Position numbers and translations under genes: made by a program. From assembly GCA_051867915.1 (NCBI GenBank), contig JBJDZJ010000096.1, positions 1 to 53,126 on the forward strand: 53,126 nt of DNA. Direction: 5' to 3'. The stretch comes from Eubacteriales bacterium. GTDB taxonomy: Bacteria; Bacillota; Clostridia; Oscillospirales; CAG-272. Under the pieces are notes generated by a model. The model searched no databases, was not told where the DNA came from, and worked only from the letters and a program-made list of their open reading frames with translations. Positions 25,414 to 33,557 of the stretch are shown here, piece by piece (position 1 is the first letter of the stretch; every line of letters starts with the position of its first letter).

Positions 25414-27867
25414 ATGCGAATGATCGGAAAAAAACCTCTGATTCTCCTGATGGCAGTCTGTCTGATTCTGCCGACTCTGGCCTCCTGTCGGACGGCTGAA
25501 AAAAGTCCCGAAGATACCGAAGCGTCGGACATCAGCACCTCATTTACCCCAAATCCCGACAATGTGACCCCGGAAGTGACGGTGCCTCCCGTATCGGAGC
25601 AAACCTCCCCTGACGGAAAGGCAAAGGTGATTTATGCGGTCAGCGGCCCCGGCGGAACGCTGGACGGAAAGACCGAGCAGACGCCCGGCGCCTCCGGAAC
25701 CTCCGAGGTGAAGGCGGTCGCCGATGTGGGCTACTGCTTCAAAAGCTGGTCGGACGGTCTGACCGAGATCACCCGTAAGGGCGACACTTCCTCGGACGGC
25801 GTGGAAAAGACCATTTATGCCGTTTTCGAACCCGAATATCTGGAAATGCCGGTAATCAGCATTACCACCGAAACCGGAGAGGATGTAGACCCCTGGATCG
25901 GAAATCAGGTTTACATAGGTGCCACTCTGTCGATTACCAACTGCCCGGCGGTGAATGTCCTGACCGATATTACCATGCAGATGAGGGGACGGGGCAATTT
26001 TTCATGGCATGATGTAGATAAGAAGTCCTACAAGCTCAAGCTCACCGAATCGCAGAAACTGCTGGGACTCGGCGAGGGCAAATCCAAGAGCTGGTGCCTG
26101 ATCGCCAATCACTGCGATCAGTCCCTGATGCGCAACTATCTGACCTATCAGCTTTGCAGAGGTCTGTCTGGGCTTGACTGGGCGCCCGACTGCACCAATG
26201 TGGAGGTCTATCTCAACGGTCAGTACCGAGGGGTCTATCTGTTGGTGGAGTCCATTAAGGTGGATGAACACCGTGTGGCCGTCAGCGAAGATGTGGAGTC
26301 CGGAACCGACATCGGATACCTGCTTCAGATGACCAACAACAACGATGAGGCATACCATTTCAAATCCAACGGCTTCAATTTTGATGTCAAGAGCGACCTG
26401 TCGGCAAACCCCAATCAGGCGGAACAACAGCTGAACTATATCCGCACCTATGTGAACCAATGCTGGACTGCCGTCATGGGCGGCGATCAGGAAGAAATCG
26501 AGGCGCTGTTGGACCTTGATTCGGTGATTGACAGCTATCTGGTGGAGGAATTCAACAAGAACCTGGATGTGGGCTATGACAGCTTCTTTCTGTATAAGGA
26601 TACAGGCGGAAAACTGCATTTCGGACCGGTCTGGGACTTCGACCTTGCCTTCGGAAATTCCAACGAACACGGTTGCGAATACGCCGAAGGGCTGTATATC
26701 GGTGTCGATTATTGCAATCACTACCATTCCAACGAATGGTATACCTATCTCATGAGTTATGACTGGTTCCGTGAAAAGGTTGCACAGCGCTGGAAAAGCG
26801 AAGAAGTTCAGACGGTTTTCGGCGGAATTTCCGAACTGGCAACAAAGACCGCACAGGAAAACTACAATTCTTTCTGCCGCAATTTCAAACTGTGGGAAAT
26901 CTTCGGTCAGAAGATCAACCGGGAAACCTATCTGATTACCTCGCTGAAGAACTATACCGAGCATTATCAGTATCTTGCCAAATGGATCGGCGACCGTTTC
27001 GATTGGCTGAACGGCTTCATCGGTACGGATGAATACAATAAAGGGTATCTGACCGGATGGGAAATTGATATTCCCGATATCCCCGATGTCCCTGTAATCA
27101 TCATACCGGAGTTTTCGGGCGGAAACGGAACGCCTGACAGCCCCTATCTGATCTCCAACGAGCAGGATTTTGTGTCCTTCACGCAGATGCTGTATTCGAC
27201 CGATTTCAGCGGAATGTATTTCCGGCAGACTGCCGATCTGAATCTCTCGTCTATCAACGACTATAACGGCATCGGTTCCTCCGGATCCTTTGCCGGAGTC
27301 TATGACGGGGGAGGACATTCCATTACCGCACTTATCACATCGTTGGACGGCTGCATTTTTCCCTATGTCAGCGGACTGGTGATGAATCTCATCACCAAGG
27401 GGGCGGTGGTGAATAACAATCAGGCGGCGGGAATCTGCCGTTCGGTCCGTCAGGGAGGCGCACTGATCAACTGTGCGTCCTTCATGGATGTGACTTCCAC
27501 CGGCGGAAACGCAGGCGGTCTGTCCCCCTCGACTCAGGGAGGCGATGACAGCCCCGCTATTCTGAACTGCTTCTTTTTCGGAACGGTGAACGGCTTTGAG
27601 CAGTCCAGCCCCATCAATTGCTGGCTCTCGGGACGGTTTGGAAACTTTGCCTATATCTATCACTGTGAGACGCTTGACAACGAATTTCTGACTGTCAGCG
27701 ATGCTGACATTTCCCTGACGGCAGATCAGATGAAGAACGAGCTTGCCGATCTGCTCAACGCAAACATCAGCTCCCTTACCGATGTGCTTGCTCGCTACGG
27801 CGTGGGGACCGATGCGCTCTGCCGGTGGGTCGGAAGCGGCGACTGCCCCGTTATGCAGGCAAAATAA
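25414..27867 (+). CDS. CotH-family lipoprotein with List-Bact repeat and GLUG-like C-terminal domain (paralog 2)
   Basis: Lipobox 'PTLASC'. 'VADVGYCFKSWSDG'. CotH blocks: 'MQMRGRGNFSWH', 'KKSYKLKLTESQKLLG', 'WCLIANHCDQSLMRNY', 'VEVYLNGQYRGVYLLVES', 'FGPVWDFDLAFGN'. 'GGNGTPDSPYLISNEQDFVSF...FAGVYDGGGHSITA...NAGGLSPS'. Same domain order as 20583..23189. Confidence 0.8.
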   Translation: MRMIGKKPLILLMAVCLILPTLASCRTAEKSPEDTEASDISTSFTPNPDNVTPEVTVPPVSEQTSPDGKAKVIYAVSGPGGTLDGKTEQTPGASGTSEVKAVADVGYCFKSWSDGLTEITRKGDTSSDGVEKTIYAVFEPEYLEMPVISITTETGEDVDPWIGNQVYIGATLSITNCPAVNVLTDITMQMRGRGNFSWHDVDKKSYKLKLTESQKLLGLGEGKSKSWCLIANHCDQSLMRNYLTYQLCRGLSGLDWAPDCTNVEVYLNGQYRGVYLLVESIKVDEHRVAVSEDVESGTDIGYLLQMTNNNDEAYHFKSNGFNFDVKSDLSANPNQAEQQLNYIRTYVNQCWTAVMGGDQEEIEALLDLDSVIDSYLVEEFNKNLDVGYDSFFLYKDTGGKLHFGPVWDFDLAFGNSNEHGCEYAEGLYIGVDYCNHYHSNEWYTYLMSYDWFREKVAQRWKSEEVQTVFGGISELATKTAQENYNSFCRNFKLWEIFGQKINRETYLITSLKNYTEHYQYLAKWIGDRFDWLNGFIGTDEYNKGYLTGWEIDIPDIPDVPVIIIPEFSGGNGTPDSPYLISNEQDFVSFTQMLYSTDFSGMYFRQTADLNLSSINDYNGIGSSGSFAGVYDGGGHSITALITSLDGCIFPYVSGLVMNLITKGAVVNNNQAAGICRSVRQGGALINCASFMDVTSTGGNAGGLSPSTQGGDDSPAILNCFFFGTVNGFEQSSPINCWLSGRFGNFAYIYHCETLDNEFLTVSDADISLTADQMKNELADLLNANISSLTDVLARYGVGTDALCRWVGSGDCPVMQAK

Positions 27868-27954
27868 GGGACTGAGGATTTGCGTTTTGCATGAACCCGA
27901 TTCAATGAGAAAATCCCCGGATTGTCGGAAGTCCGACGAATACCGGAAAACCGA

Positions 27955-27991
27955 AAAACAGGGTGACTCTTTGAGTAGTCACCCTGTTTTT
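27955..27991. terminator. Bidirectional terminator
   Basis: AAAACAGGGTGACT (27955-27968) pairs with AGTCACCCTGTTTT (27977-27990), followed by T. Lies between convergent cotH-2 and the zinc-ribbon gene. Confidence 0.65.
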
Positions 27992-28001
27992 CGTTGGCTG
28001 A

Positions 28002-28547
28002 TCAGATTTTTACCTCAAAGAGGTTGTTGCATTTGGGACAGCGCACCCGATGCTCTCCCTTTTTCTTGGGCAGCCGGATGTTGGCAAGACACATCGGACA
28101 GGTGCGATAGACATGATCCTTGTCACGGGGAAGCTTGACCTTCTTCTGCTTGGGGGGCTTTTTGGGGGTTGTGTAGTCCTGATAATCGCCGGGGTTGTAG
28201 CTTTGACCGTATCCGGGATTGTATCCCCGGTTGTATCCGCCGTACGACTGAAAACGGGAGGACCCTTTTTTGCCGAAGGGGGTCTTACTCATGACTTTTC
28301 CCCACCAGATGTTTTCCCTTGATCTTGCGGGGATGTTCCTCGAAAACATCCGGAAGATCATATAAAAGAAGAGAATCCAGAGAAGAACCGACAGGATCAT
28401 TCCCGCTGTTCTTGAAAAAAAACCGACAATAATTTCTGCCAGAAACAGAATCAGGTAGATCCACCACAGGCAGTATCCGAAATAATCCATCCCGTTTCTG
28501 CCTGCCATAAAACGGGAGATTGCCATCATAATGCGTCTCATTGCCAA
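28002..28547 (-). CDS. Membrane protein with C-terminal zinc ribbon, function unknown
   Basis: Two TM helices ('CLWWIYLILFLAEIIVGFF', 'MILSVLLWILFFYMIF'), a Gly/Tyr/Asn-rich linker, then 'CPMCLANIRLPKKKGEHRVRCPKCNNLF'. Confidence 0.6.
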   Translation of the reverse strand: MAMRRIMMAISRFMAGRNGMDYFGYCLWWIYLILFLAEIIVGFFSRTAGMILSVLLWILFFYMIFRMFSRNIPARSRENIWWGKVMSKTPFGKKGSSRFQSYGGYNRGYNPGYGQSYNPGDYQDYTTPKKPPKQKKVKLPRDKDHVYRTCPMCLANIRLPKKKGEHRVRCPKCNNLFEVKI

Positions 28548-28598
28548 TACCTTGCCTTCATATATACTATACAGTTACTGCTTGCTTTGCTCATTTGT

Positions 28599-29288
28599 TT
28601 ACGGATGGGGGAGACCCGCCCGGTATCTCGCCATGATGTCCTTGAAGATTTCTCCGTTGGTGGGGGGAGTCCAGGTAATGGCGTTTGCACCCGCTTCGAT
28701 GGTGCGCATAATGGACTCGTCGTCGGGACCGCCGGTGGCGATAATCGAAATGTCGGGATAGCGTTCCCGAATGATACGGACGACCTCGGGAGTTCTGGAT
28801 GCGGCGGAGACATTGAAAATGGAGGTTCCTGCCGCAACTCTTCCTTCAAAATCGGTTTGCTCGCTGACGACGGTGACAATCACCGGGATGTCGATGACCG
28901 AAACCGTTTCAGCAATGGTCGCATTGTCCACCGGGGCATTGAGAACCACGCCCAATGCGCCGCTGGCCTCGGCGGACATGGCAAGATGAACCGACCGTTT
29001 GCCCCCGGTCAGACCGCCGCCCACGCCCGCAAAGACGGGGATGTCCGACACGGCGACCAACGACTGTGTAATCACAGGCTGAGGGGTGAAGGGATAGACC
29101 GCAATGACGGCGTCGGCGTTCACATTTTTGATGATGGCGACATCGGTGGAGAAAACCAGCGATTTGATCCTCTTGCCGAAAATACGGATGCCGGTACAGG
29201 CTCGGATGGCATCGGGGACGCGGAGTGAAAACTTCCGCAGGGTGCCGTCTATGGGCTCAGGATATTTTTTGGATGTCTCGTTTGACAT
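28599..29288 (-). CDS. Putative TIM-barrel-type enzyme of unknown function
   Basis: Alternating beta/alpha pattern with Gly-rich phosphate-binding-like loops 'IPVFAGVGGGLTGG' and 'ISIIATGGPDD'. I cannot name the family. Confidence 0.5.
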   Translation of the reverse strand: MSNETSKKYPEPIDGTLRKFSLRVPDAIRACTGIRIFGKRIKSLVFSTDVAIIKNVNADAVIAVYPFTPQPVITQSLVAVSDIPVFAGVGGGLTGGKRSVHLAMSAEASGALGVVLNAPVDNATIAETVSVIDIPVIVTVVSEQTDFEGRVAAGTSIFNVSAASRTPEVVRIIRERYPDISIIATGGPDDESIMRTIEAGANAITWTPPTNGEIFKDIMARYRAGLPHP

Positions 29289-29466
29289 GGCGAGCCGCTC
29301 CTTCGGACAAAATTCGTCGAAAATGGACAGATGTGGAGAATCGACATCCTGATTTTATCAGGAAAATATAGCCAATCTGTTTCGAAATCAAATCCGAATT
29401 GAAAATTCTTTTCCTCTTTTCACAGAGCGAAAAAATGCCGTGCATTCGACCCAAATGAAATGACAT

Positions 29467-29682
29467 TTACTTCTTTTGTTCGAACTCTTTGCCGTTGATC
29501 AGATAGTCAATGGAGACCCCGAAATAGGCAGACAGAAGCCGCAGCATCTGCAGATCCGGACTGCGCTTGCCGGTTTCGTAATAGGACAGCGCCTCACGGC
29601 TGATGGACAGGTCCATCGCCACCTTGAGCTGGCTGTACCCCCTCTTTTTCCGTATCTGCCTCAGTCCGATCATTCCGTCCAT
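29467..29682 (-). CDS. XRE-family helix-turn-helix transcriptional regulator (71 aa)
   Basis: 'LRQIRKKRGYSQLKVAMDLSISREALSYYETGKRSPDLQMLRLLSAYFGVSIDYLI'. AAGGAG 7 nt upstream of ATG 29682. Confidence 0.8.
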   Translation of the reverse strand: MDGMIGLRQIRKKRGYSQLKVAMDLSISREALSYYETGKRSPDLQMLRLLSAYFGVSIDYLINGKEFEQKK

Positions 29683-29750
29683 ACCGATGCTCCTTTCCCG
29701 GTCTTTGTAAAGATTTCCCGGTTGGTCTGCGATTTTTTCATCAAATCCTC

Positions 29751-29779
29751 TTGACTTTATTGTAACATTGTGTTACAAT
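29751..29779 (+). promoter_or_regulatory. Promoter TTGACT-17 nt-TACAAT (extended -10 TGTTACAAT) embedded in the operator palindrome
   Basis: -35 at 29751-29756, -10 at 29774-29779. The mirror-image TGTTACAAT on the minus strand (29759-29767) could drive the XRE gene. Confidence 0.5.
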
Positions 29780-29802
29780 AAAGTTGTAACACAATGTTAC
29801 AT
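29759..29802. promoter_or_regulatory. Twin palindromic operator (ATTGTAACA-TTG-TGTTACAAT and TTGTAACA-CAA-TGTTACAT)
   Basis: Site 1 (29759-29779) is a perfect 9+3+9 palindrome. The site 2 core (29785-29801) is the exact reverse complement of the site 1 core (29761-29777). The two are 7 nt apart and lie about 80 nt upstream of the XRE gene. Confidence 0.6.
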
Positions 29803-29895
29803 TCAGAAAGGATCGGAATATCCTGGCACGATTTGTAATGAGCGAATGCGATACAAAGGACGCTCTTCCCCGAACCATCCCTTTCTGAAAAATGC

Positions 29896-29942
29896 AAAGC
29901 AGGAATTGCCGCAATTCGTTTTGCGGCAGTTTCTGCTTTTTT
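29896..29942 (+). terminator. Strong intrinsic terminator inside the XRE / GH43-HAD intergenic region
   Basis: 16-bp stem (29899-29914 pairing with 29921-29936, including G-U pairs), followed by TTTTTT (29937-29942). Confidence 0.6.
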
Positions 29943-30030
29943 GCGGATAGAGAAATGTCCGATGTTTTCGGACAAAGACCGATTTGCAAGAAAAAATTTC
30001 GATTTGACCCCATCTATTTTTGAAAAAAAC

Positions 30031-30059
30031 TTGCTTTTTTCGCAGTTGTGTGCTATACT
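30031..30059 (+). promoter_or_regulatory. Promoter TTGCTT-17 nt-TATACT for the GH43-HAD gene
   Basis: -35 at 30031-30036, -10 at 30054-30059; 35 nt upstream of ATG 30094. Confidence 0.5.
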
Positions 30060-30093
30060 AATCCACGGTATGAAAAAAAGAGGAGAATGGTTC

Positions 30094-31773
30094 ATGAATA
30101 ACACTTTCACAAATCCGGTAAATCCCGGAGGGGACGATCCCTTCGTCACCAAATACAACGGAATCTACTATTATTGCTATGCTGTCCCCGGCGGGGTCAA
30201 TGTAACCTCGGCGTCTGCCCCCCATCTGATCCGCAAGAATCCCGGAGAGGCGGTCTACCGTGCGCCCGAGGGAACCGAGTGGTCCCATGAATACTGGGCG
30301 CCCGAGCTGCATCGGGTGGACGGTCGCTGGATCATCTATGTGGCAGCCGACAACGGGGATAATTTCCATCATCGGATGTATGCGCTGGGCGCTCTCACCG
30401 ACGATCCCTGCGGACCTTATGAGATGCTGGGAAAGGTCGCCGTGGCAGAGCCTTACGACAAATGGGCCATCGACGGAACGGTTCTGAATGTCGGAGGCAG
30501 ACATTACTTCATCTGGTCGGGCTGGGCAGGGGATGTGAATGTTCAGCAGAATCTCTACATTGCCCGCATGAAGGATGCCGTAACTCTGGACAGCCCCCGT
30601 TATCTGATTTCCTGCCCCGAATTTTCCTGGGAAACCGGTTCCTGCGGAGTGGACGGTCTGCCTGCCATCAATGAGGGTCCCGCAGCCCTGCAAAGAGGTG
30701 GACGAACCTTTGTCGTATACAGCGCATCGGGCAGCTGGTCGGACGACTACTGCCTGGGGCTTCTGGAGCTTGTGGGCGACGATCCTCTGGACCCCAGAGC
30801 ATGGGTCAAATATCCCGATCCGGTTCTGAAGGCGGCAAAAGGCTCCTACGGCCCCGGTCACTGCTCCTTTACCACTTCTCCCGACGGGGAAGAGGACTAT
30901 ATCGTCTACCATGCCAATTCCGAGCCCCATAAATCCTGGGGCGGTCGGTCCCTTCGTATGCAGAAATTCGGCTGGAAGGACGGTCTTCCCGTTTTCGGTG
31001 AGCCTGTGGCACCCGGAGTGGAGATGCCGATTCCTTCCGACGGAAAAAAGCGGATCGACACTGTCCTCTTTGATCTGGACGGAACCCTTCTGCCCATGGG
31101 ACAGGATATCTTCGTCAAGACCTACATGAAAGCCGTCTGCAAAAAGATGGCGGAGTACGGTAAGAAGCCCGAGGAAGTGGTGAATGCCCTCTGGAAGGGA
31201 ACCTACGCCATGGTGGGAAACGACGGCAGTCAGTCCAATCACGATCTGTTCTGGAAGGTCTTTGCGAACCTGCTGGGGCAGGATGTGATGAATGCGTACG
31301 ATCCCCTGCTGAAGTTTTACGAGAACGAGTTTGACGGGGTGAAAACCGTGGTGGATCCCTGCTTTGCCCGTGGGGAATATCCCGCAAGGGAGCTGATCGA
31401 CTCGCTGAAAGCCAAGGGATATCGCCTGATTCTTGCCACCAATCCCGTATTTCCTGCCACAGCAGTCCGTACCCGACTTGGATGGATCGGACTGAAGCCG
31501 GAGGATTTTGAACTTGTGACATCCTATGAAAACAGCCGCTTCTGCAAGCCCAATGTGTGCTATTTTGAGGACATCCTCTTCAAAGCAGGCGGAGATCCCG
31601 ATCATTGCCTGATGGTCGGCAACAGCGTCAGCGAAGATATGGCTGCCTCAAAATACGGCATGGATACCTTCCTCATCACCGACTTCATCGAAAATCCGGA
31701 GAATCTGGACTATTCGTCTTATAAAAACGGATCCTTCTCCGATTTTTTCCACTTTGCCGATGACAATCTGTAA
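30094..31773 (+). CDS. Fusion protein: cytoplasmic GH43 glycoside hydrolase (N-terminal ~330 aa) plus HAD-superfamily phosphatase (C-terminal ~220 aa)
   Basis: Part of ORF 29941..31773. Start at ATG 30094 (MNNTFTNPVNPGG), with GAGGAG 8 nt upstream and no signal peptide. GH43 blocks: 'GDDPFVTKYNGIYYYCYA', 'WAPELHRVDGRWIIYVAADNG', 'AIDGTVLNVGGRHYFIWSG', 'NEGPAALQRGGRTFVVYSAS'. HAD motif I 'VLFDLDGTLLP', motif II 'LILATNP', motif IV 'MVGNSVSEDMAAS'. Confidence 0.8.
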   Translation: MNNTFTNPVNPGGDDPFVTKYNGIYYYCYAVPGGVNVTSASAPHLIRKNPGEAVYRAPEGTEWSHEYWAPELHRVDGRWIIYVAADNGDNFHHRMYALGALTDDPCGPYEMLGKVAVAEPYDKWAIDGTVLNVGGRHYFIWSGWAGDVNVQQNLYIARMKDAVTLDSPRYLISCPEFSWETGSCGVDGLPAINEGPAALQRGGRTFVVYSASGSWSDDYCLGLLELVGDDPLDPRAWVKYPDPVLKAAKGSYGPGHCSFTTSPDGEEDYIVYHANSEPHKSWGGRSLRMQKFGWKDGLPVFGEPVAPGVEMPIPSDGKKRIDTVLFDLDGTLLPMGQDIFVKTYMKAVCKKMAEYGKKPEEVVNALWKGTYAMVGNDGSQSNHDLFWKVFANLLGQDVMNAYDPLLKFYENEFDGVKTVVDPCFARGEYPARELIDSLKAKGYRLILATNPVFPATAVRTRLGWIGLKPEDFELVTSYENSRFCKPNVCYFEDILFKAGGDPDHCLMVGNSVSEDMAASKYGMDTFLITDFIENPENLDYSSYKNGSFSDFFHFADDNL

Positions 31774-31803
31774 TCTCTTCCTGAAGAAAGGAATTTCAAT
31801 ATT

Positions 31804-33009
31804 ATGGTAACCATTGATAAAGTCTATCATGCGTCAAATGTCTTAAAACAGGTGGTTCGGCACACCGAACTGGTACCCTCTCCCGGTCTTCGGCCCGACT
31901 GCGAGGTCTATCTGAAGCCCGAGAACCTTCAGTTGACCGGCTCCTTCAAGGTCAGAGGAGCAGCGTATAAGATTTCCCAGATGACCGATGAGGAAAAATC
32001 CCACGGCGTTATCGCCTGCAGTGCAGGGAATCACGCTCAGGGCGTGGCTCTGTCGGCGACCCGATTCGGCATCAAATCGCTGATCTGTCTGCCTGAAGGC
32101 GCACCCATCCTGAAGGTCGAAGCTACCAAGGGCTACGGCGCCGACATCTGCATGGTCCCCGGCGTTTACGACGATGCCTACAATAAGGCGCTCGAACTGC
32201 GGGATCAGTTCGGCTATACCTTCGTTCACCCCTTTGACGATGAGAATGTCATCGCCGGACAGGGAACCATCGGTCTGGAGATTCTGACCGAGCTTTCGGA
32301 TGCCGACATCATTGTGGCGGCAATCGGAGGCGGCGGACTGTGTTCGGGCATTGCCGTTGCCGCCAAGGCCCTGAACCCCAAGGTTCAGGTCTGGGGCGTT
32401 CAGGCAGAGGGTGCGCCCTCCATGGTAGAGTCGATAAGGGCAGGAAAGATTCTCCGTCTTGACAGTGTCAAGACCATTGCCGACGGCATAGCCGTCAAGG
32501 AGCCGGGGGTCAATACTTTCGAATACTGCTCCAAATATCTGGACGGCATTGTGACCGTATCCGAGGATGAGATTTCGTCTGCCATTCTTGCGCTGATCGA
32601 GAAGCACAAGATGATCGCCGAGGGTGCCGGCGCCGCACCTGTCGCCGCCGTCATGTTCGGAAAAATCCCCGTGGCGGGCAAGAAGGTGGTCTGCGTGATC
32701 TCGGGCGGTAACATTGATGTGACCATTCTGTCCCGTGTGATCAAGAGAGGTCTGCTGAAGTCGGGACGCTCCTATTCGCTGGCAATCGAGCTGATGGATA
32801 AGCCCGGACAGCTGGTTGCGGTATCCAAAATCATCGCCGAAAACGGCGGCAATGTGATCTCGGTTCACCATGAAAGAGCGGGCGAGGCCATGGACATCAA
32901 CGGTTGCGTTCTGCGTCTGGTGCTGGAAACCAAGAATTTCGAGCATATTGCCACGATTCAAAGCGCTCTCCGCTCCGCCGGCTACCACATCTGGGACGGT
33001 ACATATTAA
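31804..33009 (+). CDS. ilvA: Threonine ammonia-lyase (threonine dehydratase) with C-terminal ACT-like domain
   Basis: PLP-lysine motif 'LQLTGSFKVRGA', 'ACSAGNHAQGVA', 'GGGGLCSGIA'. 401 aa. Confidence 0.9.
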   Translation: MVTIDKVYHASNVLKQVVRHTELVPSPGLRPDCEVYLKPENLQLTGSFKVRGAAYKISQMTDEEKSHGVIACSAGNHAQGVALSATRFGIKSLICLPEGAPILKVEATKGYGADICMVPGVYDDAYNKALELRDQFGYTFVHPFDDENVIAGQGTIGLEILTELSDADIIVAAIGGGGLCSGIAVAAKALNPKVQVWGVQAEGAPSMVESIRAGKILRLDSVKTIADGIAVKEPGVNTFEYCSKYLDGIVTVSEDEISSAILALIEKHKMIAEGAGAAPVAAVMFGKIPVAGKKVVCVISGGNIDVTILSRVIKRGLLKSGRSYSLAIELMDKPGQLVAVSKIIAENGGNVISVHHERAGEAMDINGCVLRLVLETKNFEHIATIQSALRSAGYHIWDGTY

Positions 33010-33074
33010 AAATTGCATCAAAGAACCCTTCCAACAACGAAAACGGAATTTATTTGAAAGGTTGGTATATAAAA

Positions 33075-33446
33075 ATGGAAAAAATCTACACGCCCGACGC
33101 CCCTGCGGCCATCGGACCCTATTCACAGGCAGTCAAGGTGGGCGGTCTGGTCTTCACCTCGGGACAGATTGCCATCAATCCCGCAACCGGTAATGTGGAG
33201 GCCACTACCATCGAGGGGCAGACCGAGCAGATCTGCAAGAATCTTGCCGCCGTCCTCAAAGAGGCGGGAAGCTCCCTTGAAAAAGTCATTAAGACCACCT
33301 GTTTCCTGGCGAATATGGGCGATTTTGCCGCATTCAACGCTGTTTACGGCAGCTATTTCACCGAAAAGCCCGCCCGTTCCTGCGTGGCAGTCAAGACCCT
33401 GCCCAAGAATGTGCTGGCAGAGGTCGAGGTTATCGCCGAACTGTAA
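33075..33446 (+). CDS. ridA: RidA (YjgF/TdcF) reactive enamine/imine deaminase
   Basis: Part of ORF 32904..33446. 'MEKIYTPDAPAAIGPYSQAVKVGGLVFTSGQIAINPATG...ARSCVAVKTLPKNVLAEVEVIAEL'. Confidence 0.9.
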   Translation: MEKIYTPDAPAAIGPYSQAVKVGGLVFTSGQIAINPATGNVEATTIEGQTEQICKNLAAVLKEAGSSLEKVIKTTCFLANMGDFAAFNAVYGSYFTEKPARSCVAVKTLPKNVLAEVEVIAEL

Positions 33447-33501
33447 TTTTGCCTTGTCTTTCGGCAATTTCGCCAAACCGAAGGATGTTTCAGATGAAAA
33501 C

Positions 33502-33537
33502 AATTGTCAACCTGTTTTTGAAAATAGGTTGACAATT
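33502..33537. promoter_or_regulatory. BirA-type operator (bioO-like inverted repeat); may double as the ridA terminator hairpin
   Basis: AATTGTCAACCT (33502-33513) pairs with AGGTTGACAATT (33526-33537). The core is TGTCAACC-N14-GGTTGACA. The right half-site contains the -35 TTGACA of the bioY promoter. A T-run follows at 33538-33545. Confidence 0.65.
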
Positions 33538-33557
33538 TCTTTTTTGTGTGCTATAAT
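33529..33557 (+). promoter_or_regulatory. Consensus promoter TTGACA-17 nt-TATAAT (extended TGCTATAAT) for bioY
   Basis: -35 at 33529-33534, -10 at 33552-33557. Confidence 0.7.

Noticed and set aside
29757-30158. Minus-strand ORFs of 133 and 90 aa (29757-30158 and 29741-30013) in the XRE / GH43-HAD intergenic region.
   Set aside because: They run through the operator palindromes, a strong terminator hairpin and the GH43-HAD promoter. They have no Shine-Dalgarno, and the translations look random (Phe/Ser/Lys-rich).
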